From: Candidatus Izemoplasmatales bacterium | GTDB lineage: Bacteria; Bacillota_I; Bacilli_A; Izemoplasmatales; Hujiaoplasmataceae | DNA length: 29,277 bases | Direction: 5' to 3' | NCBI GenBank assembly: GCA_050177605.1 | Contig: JBFXGX010000021.1 | Location: 2,734 to 32,010 of the forward strand | Shown: positions 1-9,693 of the stretch, in pieces | Layout: the number at the start of each line of letters is the position of its first letter | Numbering within the stretch: position 1 is the first letter of the stretch | The notes under the pieces: generated by a model | The model's database searches: none | The model's input: only the letters and a program-made list of their open reading frames with translations | What the model was told of the DNA's origin: nothing | Made by a program: the position numbers and the translations under genes

Positions 1-34
1 AAATTAGGTTCACTCAATAATTTAATATGATATT

Positions 35-76
35 AGGGGTGCCATAAGTAAAAGTTTGTTTTATGGCCCCCTTTTA
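35..76 (+). terminator. Likely intrinsic terminator of the gene upstream of the window
   Basis: AGGGG-T-GCCATAA (35-47) pairs with TTATGGC-CCCCT (61-72), followed by a T-run. Confidence 0.6.
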
Positions 77-83
77 TTATGCT

Positions 84-112
84 CATGAAAATGGAAACAT
101 TTTCATGTTTTT
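84..112. repeat. Perfect 10-bp inverted repeat (second terminator-like hairpin or operator)
   Basis: CATGAAAATG-GAAA-CATTTTCATG followed by TTTTT. Confidence 0.6.
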
Positions 113-145
113 CACCTAAAAAAGTGTGTAAATAAACTAGAAGTA

Positions 146-154
146 TGATATAAT
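146..154 (+). promoter_or_regulatory. Extended -10 promoter for the opp operon
   Basis: TGaTATAAT 27 nt upstream of the oppB ATG; AAGGAAGAG RBS-like sequence before the ATG. Confidence 0.55.
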
Positions 155-181
155 ATTAAAAAAAAGTAAGGAAGAGATTAA

Positions 182-1288
182 ATGACAAAATATATTATTC
201 AAAGAGTAATATGGATATTCATTATTCTTTTTACAACACTCACAATTACGTTTTTGTTGTTAAAGCTTGCACCTGAATATCCACCTACCAAAAATGATGA
301 CAAAGATACTTGGCTTGAAAAACAAGTATCGGAGGGGTACTATACCTCAGTATACTATTTTCAAAGTGACCCTGCGACAGAACAGATTATAAAGGATATA
401 CAAAATCCAGTACTCAATCCAGCCATCAACAAAACAGTCTTTGTTGTACAACCGGTAAGTGATAGTGGAATATATAAAGTATTCACGCGGGTTCCGATAG
501 TAACTCAGTATGGGTTATGGTTGCATAATGTTATCTTTGAATGGGATTGGGGAACTTCGACTAAAATTCGGGTTAATTATCCGGCTTTCCAAATCATCGC
601 AGATAAAATGCCTTTAACACTGTCTTTAAACCTGTCAGCGTTGTTTTTCTACCTGCCATTTGGATTTGCGTTTGGAATTTTAGCAGCACTTAAGAAAGAT
701 TCACTAGTGGATAATATTATGCAAATTGTCGTTATGGTATTTTTATCCGTACCGAGTTTGATTTTCATCTTATTACTCATTATCGTGTTTAGTTATAAAT
801 TAGATAATCTCTTGCCGTCTCTGTTCCCTCTGGTGGGAATTGAATCTTCGGCAAAGATAGCTGAGGGATTTGTCATTCCAGTTCTGGCAATGGCACTTCC
901 ATCTATTGCGGGGTTAACCAGATTGCTCCGTGCAGAATTATCAGAAGTTTTAACATCTGAATTCGTATTACTTGCAAAAACAAAAGGGTTAAGTCATACA
1001 CAAGCTGTTTTAAGACATGCTATTCGTAACTCTTTAGTTCCAATGGTTCCAATCATCATCGGTTCCTTCGCAGGATTGCTTGGTGGTTCTTTCATTATGG
1101 AAAGAGTTTATGCAGTACCTGGTGTTGGGCGTGTAACATTACAAGCTTTAGCAACAGGAAACTACGATTACAATGTTATTATGGCTTCGAGTGCATTTTA
1201 TGGAATTGTAGGGTTATTTACAGTACTTATCGTAGACTTGTCTTATGGTATTATTGACCCACAAATCAGAATGGGGGCTCGCAAATAA
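182..1288 (+). CDS. oppB: Oligopeptide ABC transporter permease OppB
   Basis: N-terminal MTKYIIQR...LLKLAP, WDWGTS, EAA loop (SEFVLLAKTKGLS...HAIRNSL), C-terminal DLSYGIIDPQIR. Confidence 0.93.
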   Translation: MTKYIIQRVIWIFIILFTTLTITFLLLKLAPEYPPTKNDDKDTWLEKQVSEGYYTSVYYFQSDPATEQIIKDIQNPVLNPAINKTVFVVQPVSDSGIYKVFTRVPIVTQYGLWLHNVIFEWDWGTSTKIRVNYPAFQIIADKMPLTLSLNLSALFFYLPFGFAFGILAALKKDSLVDNIMQIVVMVFLSVPSLIFILLLIIVFSYKLDNLLPSLFPLVGIESSAKIAEGFVIPVLAMALPSIAGLTRLLRAELSEVLTSEFVLLAKTKGLSHTQAVLRHAIRNSLVPMVPIIIGSFAGLLGGSFIMERVYAVPGVGRVTLQALATGNYDYNVIMASSAFYGIVGLFTVLIVDLSYGIIDPQIRMGARK

Positions 1289-1289
1289 T

Positions 1290-3194
1290 ATGGCTAAAGA
1301 ATATTCTAGAGAGTATTTTGAACTTGTTCAAGAAAACGATCGTTTATTAGATAAACCGTTACAAACAAAGCAACTCACTTATTTCCAAGATGCAATGCTT
1401 CGCTTTACAAAAAATAAATACAATGTTATCGCAACGACTATTTTAGTCATTATGATTTTAATGTCTATTTTCGTGCCTGTGATTACGCCAGAGCGTTTCT
1501 ATACACAAACAAACAGTGAATTAACCACTTTACCACCTAGAGTTCCATTATTAGAAAAATTAGGGTTCCTAGATGGTACGAAAGAATATAAGGATCAACC
1601 AATTGATTACGATACGATTGATCCAGAAACTGGACTTGGCTATCCTACAGAAGGTTTCCAACTAGAGTACATTGATATGGATACACTAACGAACAGTATC
1701 ATTGTTGGTGCTGAACGTGATCCTCTATATGTCGGCGGAACGAATGGGATTTATATTAATGACAATATGGTTGCATTTTCTATCGCATCGTACGAAACCA
1801 TCAGTATTTTAGATGGAAGAACCATTGTTATTGATATTGCATCTATGGATAGTACAGGCGTTCTAGAAGTCTATTTATCTACTTCTCCAAATTCATACGA
1901 ATTTTCAGATTGGTCAGAGTTAACTCTTCTTGGTACAATTACTGAAGCGGGTGTTCAATCAATTAATCCTCTTGATACAGTAGCGTCTGGTTCGACAGGA
2001 TACATCGTATTGAAATATGTATTATCGGCGCCTAGTGAAAATGGATCAGATAGTATTGTTTTCAATTCAGTTGCTTTACAAGACGGCGAAGGTGCAAATG
2101 TTGCTTACTATGATGGGTTTGAATTATCAGACTTTGACCTATTCGCAATCAATGGAGCTTCTGAAAATGGACGTTATTTACGTGCAAATGCAGAAATGAC
2201 TGTTGCAACCTTTAGATATAACGTATATGAAGCATTATTTGCTGATACAGCTTCAATTATTGGTGCTGTAGAATACGAACGCATCCTTGCAGAAAATCCT
2301 GGTATGGCTGAATCTATCGTCTATGACGAAACTACACCAGACCAAGTATGGACTTTTGGTGATGGATATCCAATTACTAGCGTGACAAACGTAAATTCAA
2401 AAGTAATTGGTGGTATAGAGTACACTAACTACCACGTTATGATGAATGGTGCATATGCACTAGGTTTTGAAACTGTACCTTATTTCTATTTTGGTACGGA
2501 TGTATTTGGAAAAGATCTATTTACACTAATTTGGCTAGGACTTAGAACATCCTTGTTACTTGGGTTCTTAGCTTCATTAGTTAATATTATTGTTGGTGTT
2601 ATTTGGGGTGCAACTAGCGCTTATTATGGCGGACAGGTTGATATCCTGATGGAACGTTTTACGGATATTTGGGGTAGTTTCCCTCAGATTACAATGATTG
2701 GTATTATTACCGTGCTCATTGGTCCAGGGTTTGGTGCGCTATTTATCTTCATTGTTTATGATGGATGGATTGGAGCGGCGAAAGTAACGCGTTCTCAATT
2801 CTATCGATATAAAGGTAGAGAGTATGTGCTTGCGGCAAGAACGCTAGGTGCATCAGACCAAAGAATTATTTTCAAACACATTTTACCAAATGCATTAGGT
2901 ACGATTATTACACGTGTCGTATTAAGTATTCCATCTGTTATTTTCCTTGAAGTTAACTTATCATACTTAGGATTTGGTATTGGTAATGGTCAATCATTAG
3001 TTATTGGGCCAATTACTCTTACAGGAACATCAATTGGAGTTATTTTAAATGATGGTCAACAACAAATCTTTGCGGGTAACTTATGGATGATTATATTCCC
3101 AACAATTATTGTTTCCATCTTAATGATTACCTTCAATATGTTCGGTAATGCACTTCGTGATGCATTAAATCCACAGTTAAGGGGGAGCGAATAA
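1290..3194 (+). CDS. oppC: Oligopeptide ABC transporter permease OppC with a large extracytoplasmic insertion
   Basis: OppC N-terminal TYFQDAMLRFTKNK, FGTDVFGKDL, EAA loop REYVLAARTLGAS...KHILPN, C-terminal GNALRDALNP. Start moved to ATG 1290, 1 nt after the oppB stop. Confidence 0.92.
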   Translation: MAKEYSREYFELVQENDRLLDKPLQTKQLTYFQDAMLRFTKNKYNVIATTILVIMILMSIFVPVITPERFYTQTNSELTTLPPRVPLLEKLGFLDGTKEYKDQPIDYDTIDPETGLGYPTEGFQLEYIDMDTLTNSIIVGAERDPLYVGGTNGIYINDNMVAFSIASYETISILDGRTIVIDIASMDSTGVLEVYLSTSPNSYEFSDWSELTLLGTITEAGVQSINPLDTVASGSTGYIVLKYVLSAPSENGSDSIVFNSVALQDGEGANVAYYDGFELSDFDLFAINGASENGRYLRANAEMTVATFRYNVYEALFADTASIIGAVEYERILAENPGMAESIVYDETTPDQVWTFGDGYPITSVTNVNSKVIGGIEYTNYHVMMNGAYALGFETVPYFYFGTDVFGKDLFTLIWLGLRTSLLLGFLASLVNIIVGVIWGATSAYYGGQVDILMERFTDIWGSFPQITMIGIITVLIGPGFGALFIFIVYDGWIGAAKVTRSQFYRYKGREYVLAARTLGASDQRIIFKHILPNALGTIITRVVLSIPSVIFLEVNLSYLGFGIGNGQSLVIGPITLTGTSIGVILNDGQQQIFAGNLWMIIFPTIIVSILMITFNMFGNALRDALNPQLRGSE

Positions 3195-4720
3195 TGAGTA
3201 AAGAAAGAGTATTAGAAGTAAAAAACTTAACAATTTCATTTAAAACCCCTAACGGTCTAGTTCGTGCTGTACGTGATGTTTCATTTGATTTGTATAAAGG
3301 TGAAACTTTAGCAATTGTAGGTGAATCAGGTTCAGGGAAATCAGTAACAAACCGTGCTATTATGGGGATTCTTGCTAGAAATGCGATTATTGATGGTGGA
3401 GAAATCAACTATAATAATCAAGATTTAACAAAATTATCTGAAGAAAATTTCCATTTAATCCGTGGTAATAAAATTGGAATGATTTTCCAAGATCCACTAT
3501 CAAGTTTGAATCCAATTATGAAGATTGGAAAACAAATTACTGAAGCAATGCTAGTGAATGGAGACCGTTTAAAAGGTAGGTATCATGATTTATTCCATAA
3601 GGAATATCATGACTATCTCAATGTGATTACGCAGATTAAGCTAAATTCTAAAGTTCTAGAAGGTCAAATTCTATCTGTTAATGCAGATCATGACTTATCT
3701 CGCGCAGAGAAAAAAGTTAAGATCAATGCGTTAAAAGCGGAACATAAAAGTGCTGTGAAGGAATTACATGCAAAACTACCTGATTTGAAAGCAAAATACT
3801 TAGTTGCTAAGAAAAATGCAAAAGCAATTATTACACAAGAAAAAAGAGATATGTCTCTAAATAAAAATGATCAAGTTGTAGGTTTGATGGAAGAGTTAAG
3901 ATTAAAAAAATCTGAACTTTCAAAAATGCAAAAAGGTTCCTATCAATATGACAATTTACTCTCTGAAATCAATGTGTTAAATGATAATATCCAAAATGGT
4001 AATGATTTATACCGTCGTCAATTTAAAGTGACGAAAAGAGAAGCTTATGAAAAAGCAATTCATATTATGCGAGAAGTAGGTATTCCTGAACCAGAGAAAA
4101 GATTTAACCAATATCCTTTCCAATTTTCTGGTGGTATGAGACAACGTATTGTTATTGCGATTGCTTTAACTGCAAACCCTGAATTGCTAATCTGTGATGA
4201 GCCTACAACAGCGCTAGATGTTACAATTCAAGGGCAAATTCTTAACTTAATCAAAGATATCAAAAAAGAACGTGATTTATCTGTTATCTTTATTACGCAT
4301 GACCTTGGTGTCGTAGCAAATATGGCAGATAGAGTAGCTGTGATGTATGCAGGAAAAATCGTTGAATACGGAACTGCAGAAGATATCTTCTATAATCCAA
4401 AACATCCATATACTTGGGCGTTATTATCAAGCGTTCCAGATTTGGATACAAAAGACAAGTTATTATCGATTCCGGGTACTCCTCCAGATATGTTATTCCC
4501 TCCTAAAGGCGATGCATTCGCAGATCGTAATCAATTTGCTTTGAAAATCGATTTCGAAGAGCAACCTCCTTTCTTCAAAGTTAGTGATACACATTATGCT
4601 GCTACTTGGTTGCTTCACCCAGATGCTCCAAAAGTAGAAATGCCTCAAATTATTCAAGATCGTGTGAATCGTTATAAGGCAGAAACTAAAGCATCCGCGA
4701 AAGTAAGTAAAGGTGAGTAA
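3194..4720 (+). CDS. oppD: Oligopeptide ABC transporter ATPase OppD with a charged helical insertion
   Basis: Walker A GESGSGKS, IFQDP, signature FSGGMRQR, Walker B ICDEPTTALD, HPYTW C-terminal domain. Confidence 0.95.
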   Translation: MSKERVLEVKNLTISFKTPNGLVRAVRDVSFDLYKGETLAIVGESGSGKSVTNRAIMGILARNAIIDGGEINYNNQDLTKLSEENFHLIRGNKIGMIFQDPLSSLNPIMKIGKQITEAMLVNGDRLKGRYHDLFHKEYHDYLNVITQIKLNSKVLEGQILSVNADHDLSRAEKKVKINALKAEHKSAVKELHAKLPDLKAKYLVAKKNAKAIITQEKRDMSLNKNDQVVGLMEELRLKKSELSKMQKGSYQYDNLLSEINVLNDNIQNGNDLYRRQFKVTKREAYEKAIHIMREVGIPEPEKRFNQYPFQFSGGMRQRIVIAIALTANPELLICDEPTTALDVTIQGQILNLIKDIKKERDLSVIFITHDLGVVANMADRVAVMYAGKIVEYGTAEDIFYNPKHPYTWALLSSVPDLDTKDKLLSIPGTPPDMLFPPKGDAFADRNQFALKIDFEEQPPFFKVSDTHYAATWLLHPDAPKVEMPQIIQDRVNRYKAETKASAKVSKGE

Positions 4721-4721
4721 A

Positions 4722-6131
4722 ATGAGTGAAAAACGAGAAGAAATTTTAAGAGTTGAGGGACTCAAACAATATTTTAAACTGGGGTCTGGAAGATCCAAGA
4801 TGCTTAATAAAGCAGTAGATGATATTTCATTTACAATATATAAAGGTGAAGTATTTTCACTTGTTGGTGAGTCTGGTTGTGGAAAAACAACGACTGGACG
4901 TACAATTATTAAATTATATGGTTCCTCTGGTGGAGAAGTCTATTTCCATGGACAAAGAATCATCAGCGACGTGAAACATGCTAAACAAAATCATCTTGAT
5001 AATTTAGCAGATATCAAAGAAGAAGAACTTGATAAATATGCCGATCTTGAAGAAAGATTAACTGGAAACCAAATTTCTAGAGAAGCTTATAATGAGGAAA
5101 AATATGCATTAAAAGATTTATTTAGAAATAGAAGACGTTCTTCGCTAGATATCTTGAGAAAAGCACGTCGTGATCGCAAATTTGAAACTATTGTCGATCC
5201 AGAAGGTGTTGCTGCTAGTAAAGCGCTGAATCAACAGGAAGAATACATTAAAATTGTTGATAAGTATCAAGCTTTAAATCAAGAAATCAAAGATCAAATT
5301 GCCTTATTACAAGGGAAAAATGGCGCAGATCCTAAGGAGATTTCTAATCTTCAAAAGGAACTTAAATTGAACCAAATTCGTCAAAAACAAGACGTTCAAA
5401 AACTTAGATATAGTTTAGTAAAGAAAAATCGAATCTTAATGCGTCAAATGCAAATGATTTTCCAAGATCCAATTGCATCCTTAAATCCACGTATGACTGT
5501 AAAAGAAATCATTGCGGAAGGTTTAAGAATTAACGGCGTAAAGAATGAAAAAGAAATTACTGAACGTGTTAATGAAGCTTTAAAAACAGTAGGACTCGTT
5601 CCTGAGCATGCGAGCCGTTATCCTCATGAATTTAGTGGTGGACAACGTCAACGTATTGGTATTGCACGTGCTTTAGTCGTAGAACCATCCTTCATTATTG
5701 CGGATGAACCTATTTCAGCACTTGACGTATCGATCCGTGCTCAAATTATTAACTTGCTTAATGAGCTAAGAGAGACAAGAGGAATTACGATTCTATTCAT
5801 TGCGCATGACCTTTCTGTCGTTAAATATTTTAGTGATCGTTTAGCAGTTATGTACTTTGGTCATATCGTAGAAATTGGTGACAAAGATTCTATTTTTGAT
5901 AACCCACTTCACCCATATACACATTCATTGATGAGATCTATTCCATTACCTGATCCAGAATTCGAAAGAAGAAGAGGAAAAGTTGAAAGATATGATCCTT
6001 CTAAAGCACATGATTACTCTGTGGAAGCTCCAACATTAAGAGAGATTGAACCAGATCATTTTGTTCTTTGTAACACAGAAGAATACAATCGTTATTTAGA
6101 AATAACGAAGAAAAAACGTGCGACCCTTTAG
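4722..6131 (+). CDS. oppF: Oligopeptide ABC transporter ATPase OppF with a charged helical insertion
   Basis: GESGCGKT, QMIFQDP, YPHEFSGGQRQR, DEPISALD, HPYT. ATG 4722 follows AAGGTGAG; GTG 4713 is an alternative start. Confidence 0.95.
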   Translation: MSEKREEILRVEGLKQYFKLGSGRSKMLNKAVDDISFTIYKGEVFSLVGESGCGKTTTGRTIIKLYGSSGGEVYFHGQRIISDVKHAKQNHLDNLADIKEEELDKYADLEERLTGNQISREAYNEEKYALKDLFRNRRRSSLDILRKARRDRKFETIVDPEGVAASKALNQQEEYIKIVDKYQALNQEIKDQIALLQGKNGADPKEISNLQKELKLNQIRQKQDVQKLRYSLVKKNRILMRQMQMIFQDPIASLNPRMTVKEIIAEGLRINGVKNEKEITERVNEALKTVGLVPEHASRYPHEFSGGQRQRIGIARALVVEPSFIIADEPISALDVSIRAQIINLLNELRETRGITILFIAHDLSVVKYFSDRLAVMYFGHIVEIGDKDSIFDNPLHPYTHSLMRSIPLPDPEFERRRGKVERYDPSKAHDYSVEAPTLREIEPDHFVLCNTEEYNRYLEITKKKRATL

Positions 6132-6480
6132 ACCATTACTAATCCTAGCGGCGACGCTAGGATTAGCTTTAGGTGTTCATCTCTTAGTGTACGGTGGTGA
6201 TAATTTCACATATGAATCTATGTCGAATGCTTTATTTGTCGTGGGTATGATTATCTTTTTACCATCGCTGGTTGTATTAACGAGAGCATATGAGGTATTT
6301 CAAGGAATACAATATTCAATGAGAGTACTATTCAGCCCAAATTACCGTAAACTTTATCCGAAATATAGTGATTATAAGGAAGAAAAAAGCGAGAAAATCA
6401 AGACAACTATCTTTTATGAAATCTTAGGAGCTTCATTGGTAGTTGTTGTGATTGCGATTGTTCTTGCTCAACTTGTGTAA
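6118..6480 (+). CDS. Small 3-TM membrane protein (DUF3899-like)
   Basis: Overlaps the oppF end; two N-terminal TM helices, a basic loop and a C-terminal TM. Size and position resemble DUF3899 genes that follow opp operons. Confidence 0.6.
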   Translation: MRPFRPLLILAATLGLALGVHLLVYGGDNFTYESMSNALFVVGMIIFLPSLVVLTRAYEVFQGIQYSMRVLFSPNYRKLYPKYSDYKEEKSEKIKTTIFYEILGASLVVVVIAIVLAQLV

Positions 6481-6482
6481 CG

Positions 6483-7217
6483 ATGCAACAAGATATTAAG
6501 AAAATAAATAAGCAATTCTTATTTAATCTATTACTATTTGTTGGGATTTTAGCGCTACTCGTTGGCGGTAGTATCGCGGTTTTAATTTTTTATCCGAATG
6601 ATGCGATGAAATATGTAATTATATTCTTTGCGATGATTGTGATGATTGTTGTTGCATCTGTATTCAAAACGATTTTAGAACGAATAACAAATATAAGTTA
6701 TTTGATTAAAATAATGAATAATGCAGGTGGACCTCTGCCTCTCAATTATGGAAGATATCCTGATAAATTTGCCAATAATTTGGTGAATATAGGGTTTACT
6801 CGATATTCGATGAATCCGAAATATACATTATATTACCGCATTTCGAAAGACTTTATTAAAAAGACATTTAGAAGACATGTTCTTGAATTAGTTGTTCATA
6901 TTCATAGCGCTTCTTCACCATTCTATTTGGATGATGTAGATGTTATGATTGGTAAGATTCAACAAGAAGAACTCAAAAAAGGTGTCCGATTTGATAAGAT
7001 GTTAATCACACAGGTAAAAGATGTTCTTGAGTTAAATGATGAAACAAAAAAGCAATTGAAAGAAATCATCTTTGTTAAGACAAAGTACAGTGTAATTTCA
7101 ACGATTAATGTGGGGCTGCATCAAGCATCCGCACAAGCCGTAATGATGTATGCTACGAATTATTCGCCTAGCTTATATTACGCGCATCATATCGAAACAA
7201 TTAAAAAAATCATATAA
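6483..7217 (+). CDS. Hypothetical membrane protein (2 N-terminal TM plus soluble domain)
   Basis: 244-aa ORF starting 2 nt after the previous stop; two hydrophobic helices then a basic soluble region; followed by a terminator. Confidence 0.75.
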   Translation: MQQDIKKINKQFLFNLLLFVGILALLVGGSIAVLIFYPNDAMKYVIIFFAMIVMIVVASVFKTILERITNISYLIKIMNNAGGPLPLNYGRYPDKFANNLVNIGFTRYSMNPKYTLYYRISKDFIKKTFRRHVLELVVHIHSASSPFYLDDVDVMIGKIQQEELKKGVRFDKMLITQVKDVLELNDETKKQLKEIIFVKTKYSVISTINVGLHQASAQAVMMYATNYSPSLYYAHHIETIKKII

Positions 7218-7250
7218 AAAAGCGTATACGATGAAGTCTACGCTTTTTTT
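7216..7250. terminator. Bidirectional intrinsic terminator
   Basis: AAAAAAGCGTA...TACGCTTTTTTT between convergent genes. Confidence 0.75.
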
Positions 7251-7266
7251 ATTATTAGATTAAGTG

Positions 7267-8211
7267 TTATTTGTTTTCAAGAGATATTACTTTTAATGAT
7301 CTTACCAAGATAATGAGGGCAATGATTAACGTGGCCAATGTGGTAAGAATTCTGTAGGTAAATATATTTTGTGCTATAAATAGATATATATTAAGGCCAA
7401 ACAATACAGAAAACAGAATGATGCCAAATGAAGATACGATGATAAGTAGTCGATACCAGGAGATGAACTCTGTTTTTGTAACCGGTGTGTTTTTTTGTCT
7501 AAAGATGGAAAGAGAGGCTGAGATACTTGGAATTGAGAACATAAATCCAGCAATTCCGATAATCATCATAATCGACTCGAGGAAATCATATTTGTCTTGA
7601 AAAATATTGATGGATGTAAATGATCCAATGATGAAGAGAATCGATAATGGGAATAGAATATGATCAAATAAGAAGTTATCATATTTGACTTTGTCTTCCG
7701 CTACCACCGGTAAAGCTTTCACTTTTATGAGTGAAAATTGAAGGAATAGAAGTTCTACCACTAGCCAAAGTTCAGAATTAAAACCACCATAGATTGTAGT
7801 TATATATTTTAACTTCACATAGTTTTCAGCAGTAAATGTAAATACAAGTGCAGGATTACCTTCCAAAATCTTTGTTCTAATAATTTCGTTTACATCAAGT
7901 AAAATGACATATTTGTACATATATAAACTGAAGAAGTAGAAGAAAGTAATAGCAAACGACATTATTACGAACAGATTTAATGTTGATCTTGTTAAGTGAT
8001 AATCTTCTCTTTTTTTCCATACAAGAATAATGATAATGATTGCAATAAATACAATTGCCTTGATATAGATTAATAAGTCAGGCAGTCCATAGCCATCCAA
8101 ATAAGGCGCAATATAAATATTGGTAATAATGGTAAAAATATCGCAAACCAAGATTGCGATGCTGGAATAGAGTATAAAATTGATAAGTTTGTGATTGTTG
8201 CGAACTAACAT
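7267..8211 (-). CDS. Hypothetical polytopic membrane protein (about 8 TM)
   Basis: Long hydrophobic ORF with no recognisable motif. ATG 8211 follows AAAGGTG; GTG 8223 is an alternative start. Confidence 0.75.
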   Translation of the reverse strand: MLVRNNHKLINFILYSSIAILVCDIFTIITNIYIAPYLDGYGLPDLLIYIKAIVFIAIIIIILVWKKREDYHLTRSTLNLFVIMSFAITFFYFFSLYMYKYVILLDVNEIIRTKILEGNPALVFTFTAENYVKLKYITTIYGGFNSELWLVVELLFLQFSLIKVKALPVVAEDKVKYDNFLFDHILFPLSILFIIGSFTSINIFQDKYDFLESIMMIIGIAGFMFSIPSISASLSIFRQKNTPVTKTEFISWYRLLIIVSSFGIILFSVLFGLNIYLFIAQNIFTYRILTTLATLIIALIILVRSLKVISLENK

Positions 8212-8324
8212 AAAATTTGACACCTTTTCTTTCGTCTAGATATATATTAGAATACCACATTTTAATGTGAATTTCTATCAAAAAAGTAAGATTTTCATCC
8301 GCTTTTTCTTCACGGAGCATCAAT

Positions 8325-8355
8325 AAAAAAAGTATCACGACGCTCGTGATACTTT
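8325..8355 (-). terminator. Intrinsic terminator downstream of the SDR gene
   Basis: AAAGTATCACGA-CGC-TCGTGATACTTT with an A-run at 8325-8331 (U-tract on the minus strand). Confidence 0.8.
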
Positions 8356-8368
8356 CATCATATTTCTG

Positions 8369-9184
8369 TTACATTTCTGCCATTGCTTTTGTGATCATTC
8401 CGATTGCTTTCTTTGGACTGAGTTTATACATAAAATTCATCATTTTTGAATCTTTTCCAGCATATACTTGGAACTTATTCTTTTCCATTCCATGGATAAT
8501 CATTTCTGCGCAATCTGCAGGTTCTGTCATTGACATTGATGGTTTTTTCTTTTTCTTCGGTTCTTCAATTGGTGTTTCTTTTGTTCTCATTTCAACACCG
8601 GAATTTTTTGTGATATCGGTGTTAATTGCGCCAGGGAATACTAATGTAACTTTGACATTTGTGTTTAGCAGTTCCGCGTATAATCCTTCTGTTAATAATT
8701 TGACCGCAGCTTTTGATGCTCCATAAATTGATTGGCCAGGGAAAGGAAAGAATCCACCCATACTAGATACATTCACAAGATGTGCCTCTGGGCGTTCTAA
8801 TAAGTGAGGTAAGAATTGTTTGACCATATTCAGTGTTCCAAAGAAGTTGACGTTCATCACTAGATTGATTTTTGCATTGTCTAAATCATTCACGTTCACA
8901 AAAGGTTGAATGATTCCAGCATTGTTGATTAACCCATCAATATGTTTGTGTTTCTTTTTAATTGCCTCAAAGGTTTCAGCGACAATTTCTTGGTTAGTAA
9001 TATCACATACATGAACAGATAGTTTTTCTTTGTTGTTCGCAACTTTTGCGGTTTCGTTGAGTCGTTCTAAATTAAGATCTACGGCCGCAACTGTTGCACC
9101 TTTGGAGAGTAGATTGAGTACTAATTCGCGCCCAATTCCACCGCCAGCACCTGTAACAACGATGACTTTGTCTTTGACTTTCAT
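8369..9184 (-). CDS. Classical short-chain dehydrogenase/reductase
   Basis: TGAGGGIG, NNAG, VNVSS, YGASK. Start at ATG 9184 (MKVKDK) with a GAGGAGG RBS. Confidence 0.93.
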   Translation of the reverse strand: MKVKDKVIVVTGAGGGIGRELVLNLLSKGATVAAVDLNLERLNETAKVANNKEKLSVHVCDITNQEIVAETFEAIKKKHKHIDGLINNAGIIQPFVNVNDLDNAKINLVMNVNFFGTLNMVKQFLPHLLERPEAHLVNVSSMGGFFPFPGQSIYGASKAAVKLLTEGLYAELLNTNVKVTLVFPGAINTDITKNSGVEMRTKETPIEEPKKKKKPSMSMTEPADCAEMIIHGMEKNKFQVYAGKDSKMMNFMYKLSPKKAIGMITKAMAEM

Positions 9185-9223
9185 TGTTTCCTCCTCTAAT
9201 ATTATTTTGAACTTCTTAACATT

Positions 9224-9252
9224 ATTGTAGTACTGTTCAATATTCAAGTCAA
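9224..9252 (-). promoter_or_regulatory. Sigma70-type promoter of the SDR gene
   Basis: TTGACT-17 nt-TACAAT on the minus strand. Confidence 0.65.
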
Positions 9253-9273
9253 TAAAGGTGCAATATTAATTGA

Positions 9274-9693
9274 TTATTCCTTTTTGGATAAACTTGCTAG
9301 TGTCTTGATAATGTTTTGGTAGCCAACCTCTGTGTCGGAAATTCCTAACACACTGGATTCAATGGGGCATCTTCCGGTTGAGGTATTATTAATGATATAA
9401 GGTACTAATGTATTATAAGTTACATCCATTTTATATTCGCGAGCTAAAGCCAAAGCATCTTCACTGATAAGCGGTGTAAATACTTTATCAACATTGACTA
9501 ATTTAGCAAGCAATATAGCGCCTCGACCCATCACTTTATCTAACACTGTAAGTGGTGTGGATGAAGTGCCGTATTGATGATAAAAATCTAATAGAGGTTT
9601 GACTCCTTTAAAATCAGATGTATAAATTATTTCGTCATCTTTTGTTAGTAATACCAATGAATGGTCACCTAATAATTTAAGATATTTTTCCAA
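9274..9693 (-). CDS. DUF1893 (TM1506-like) protein
   Basis: GVKPLL, DKVMGRGA, ISEDA, VPYIINN..GRCPIE match my recollection of the DUF1893 pattern; TTG start overlaps the upstream gene. Confidence 0.8.
   Translation of the reverse strand: MEKYLKLLGDHSLVLLTKDDEIIYTSDFKGVKPLLDFYHQYGTSSTPLTVLDKVMGRGAILLAKLVNVDKVFTPLISEDALALAREYKMDVTYNTLVPYIINNTSTGRCPIESSVLGISDTEVGYQNIIKTLASLSKKE

Noticed and set aside
3563..5440. Inteins as an explanation for the OppD/OppF insertions
   Set aside because: No N-terminal Cys/Ser block, His-Asn terminus or LAGLIDADG motif; composition is coiled-coil-like
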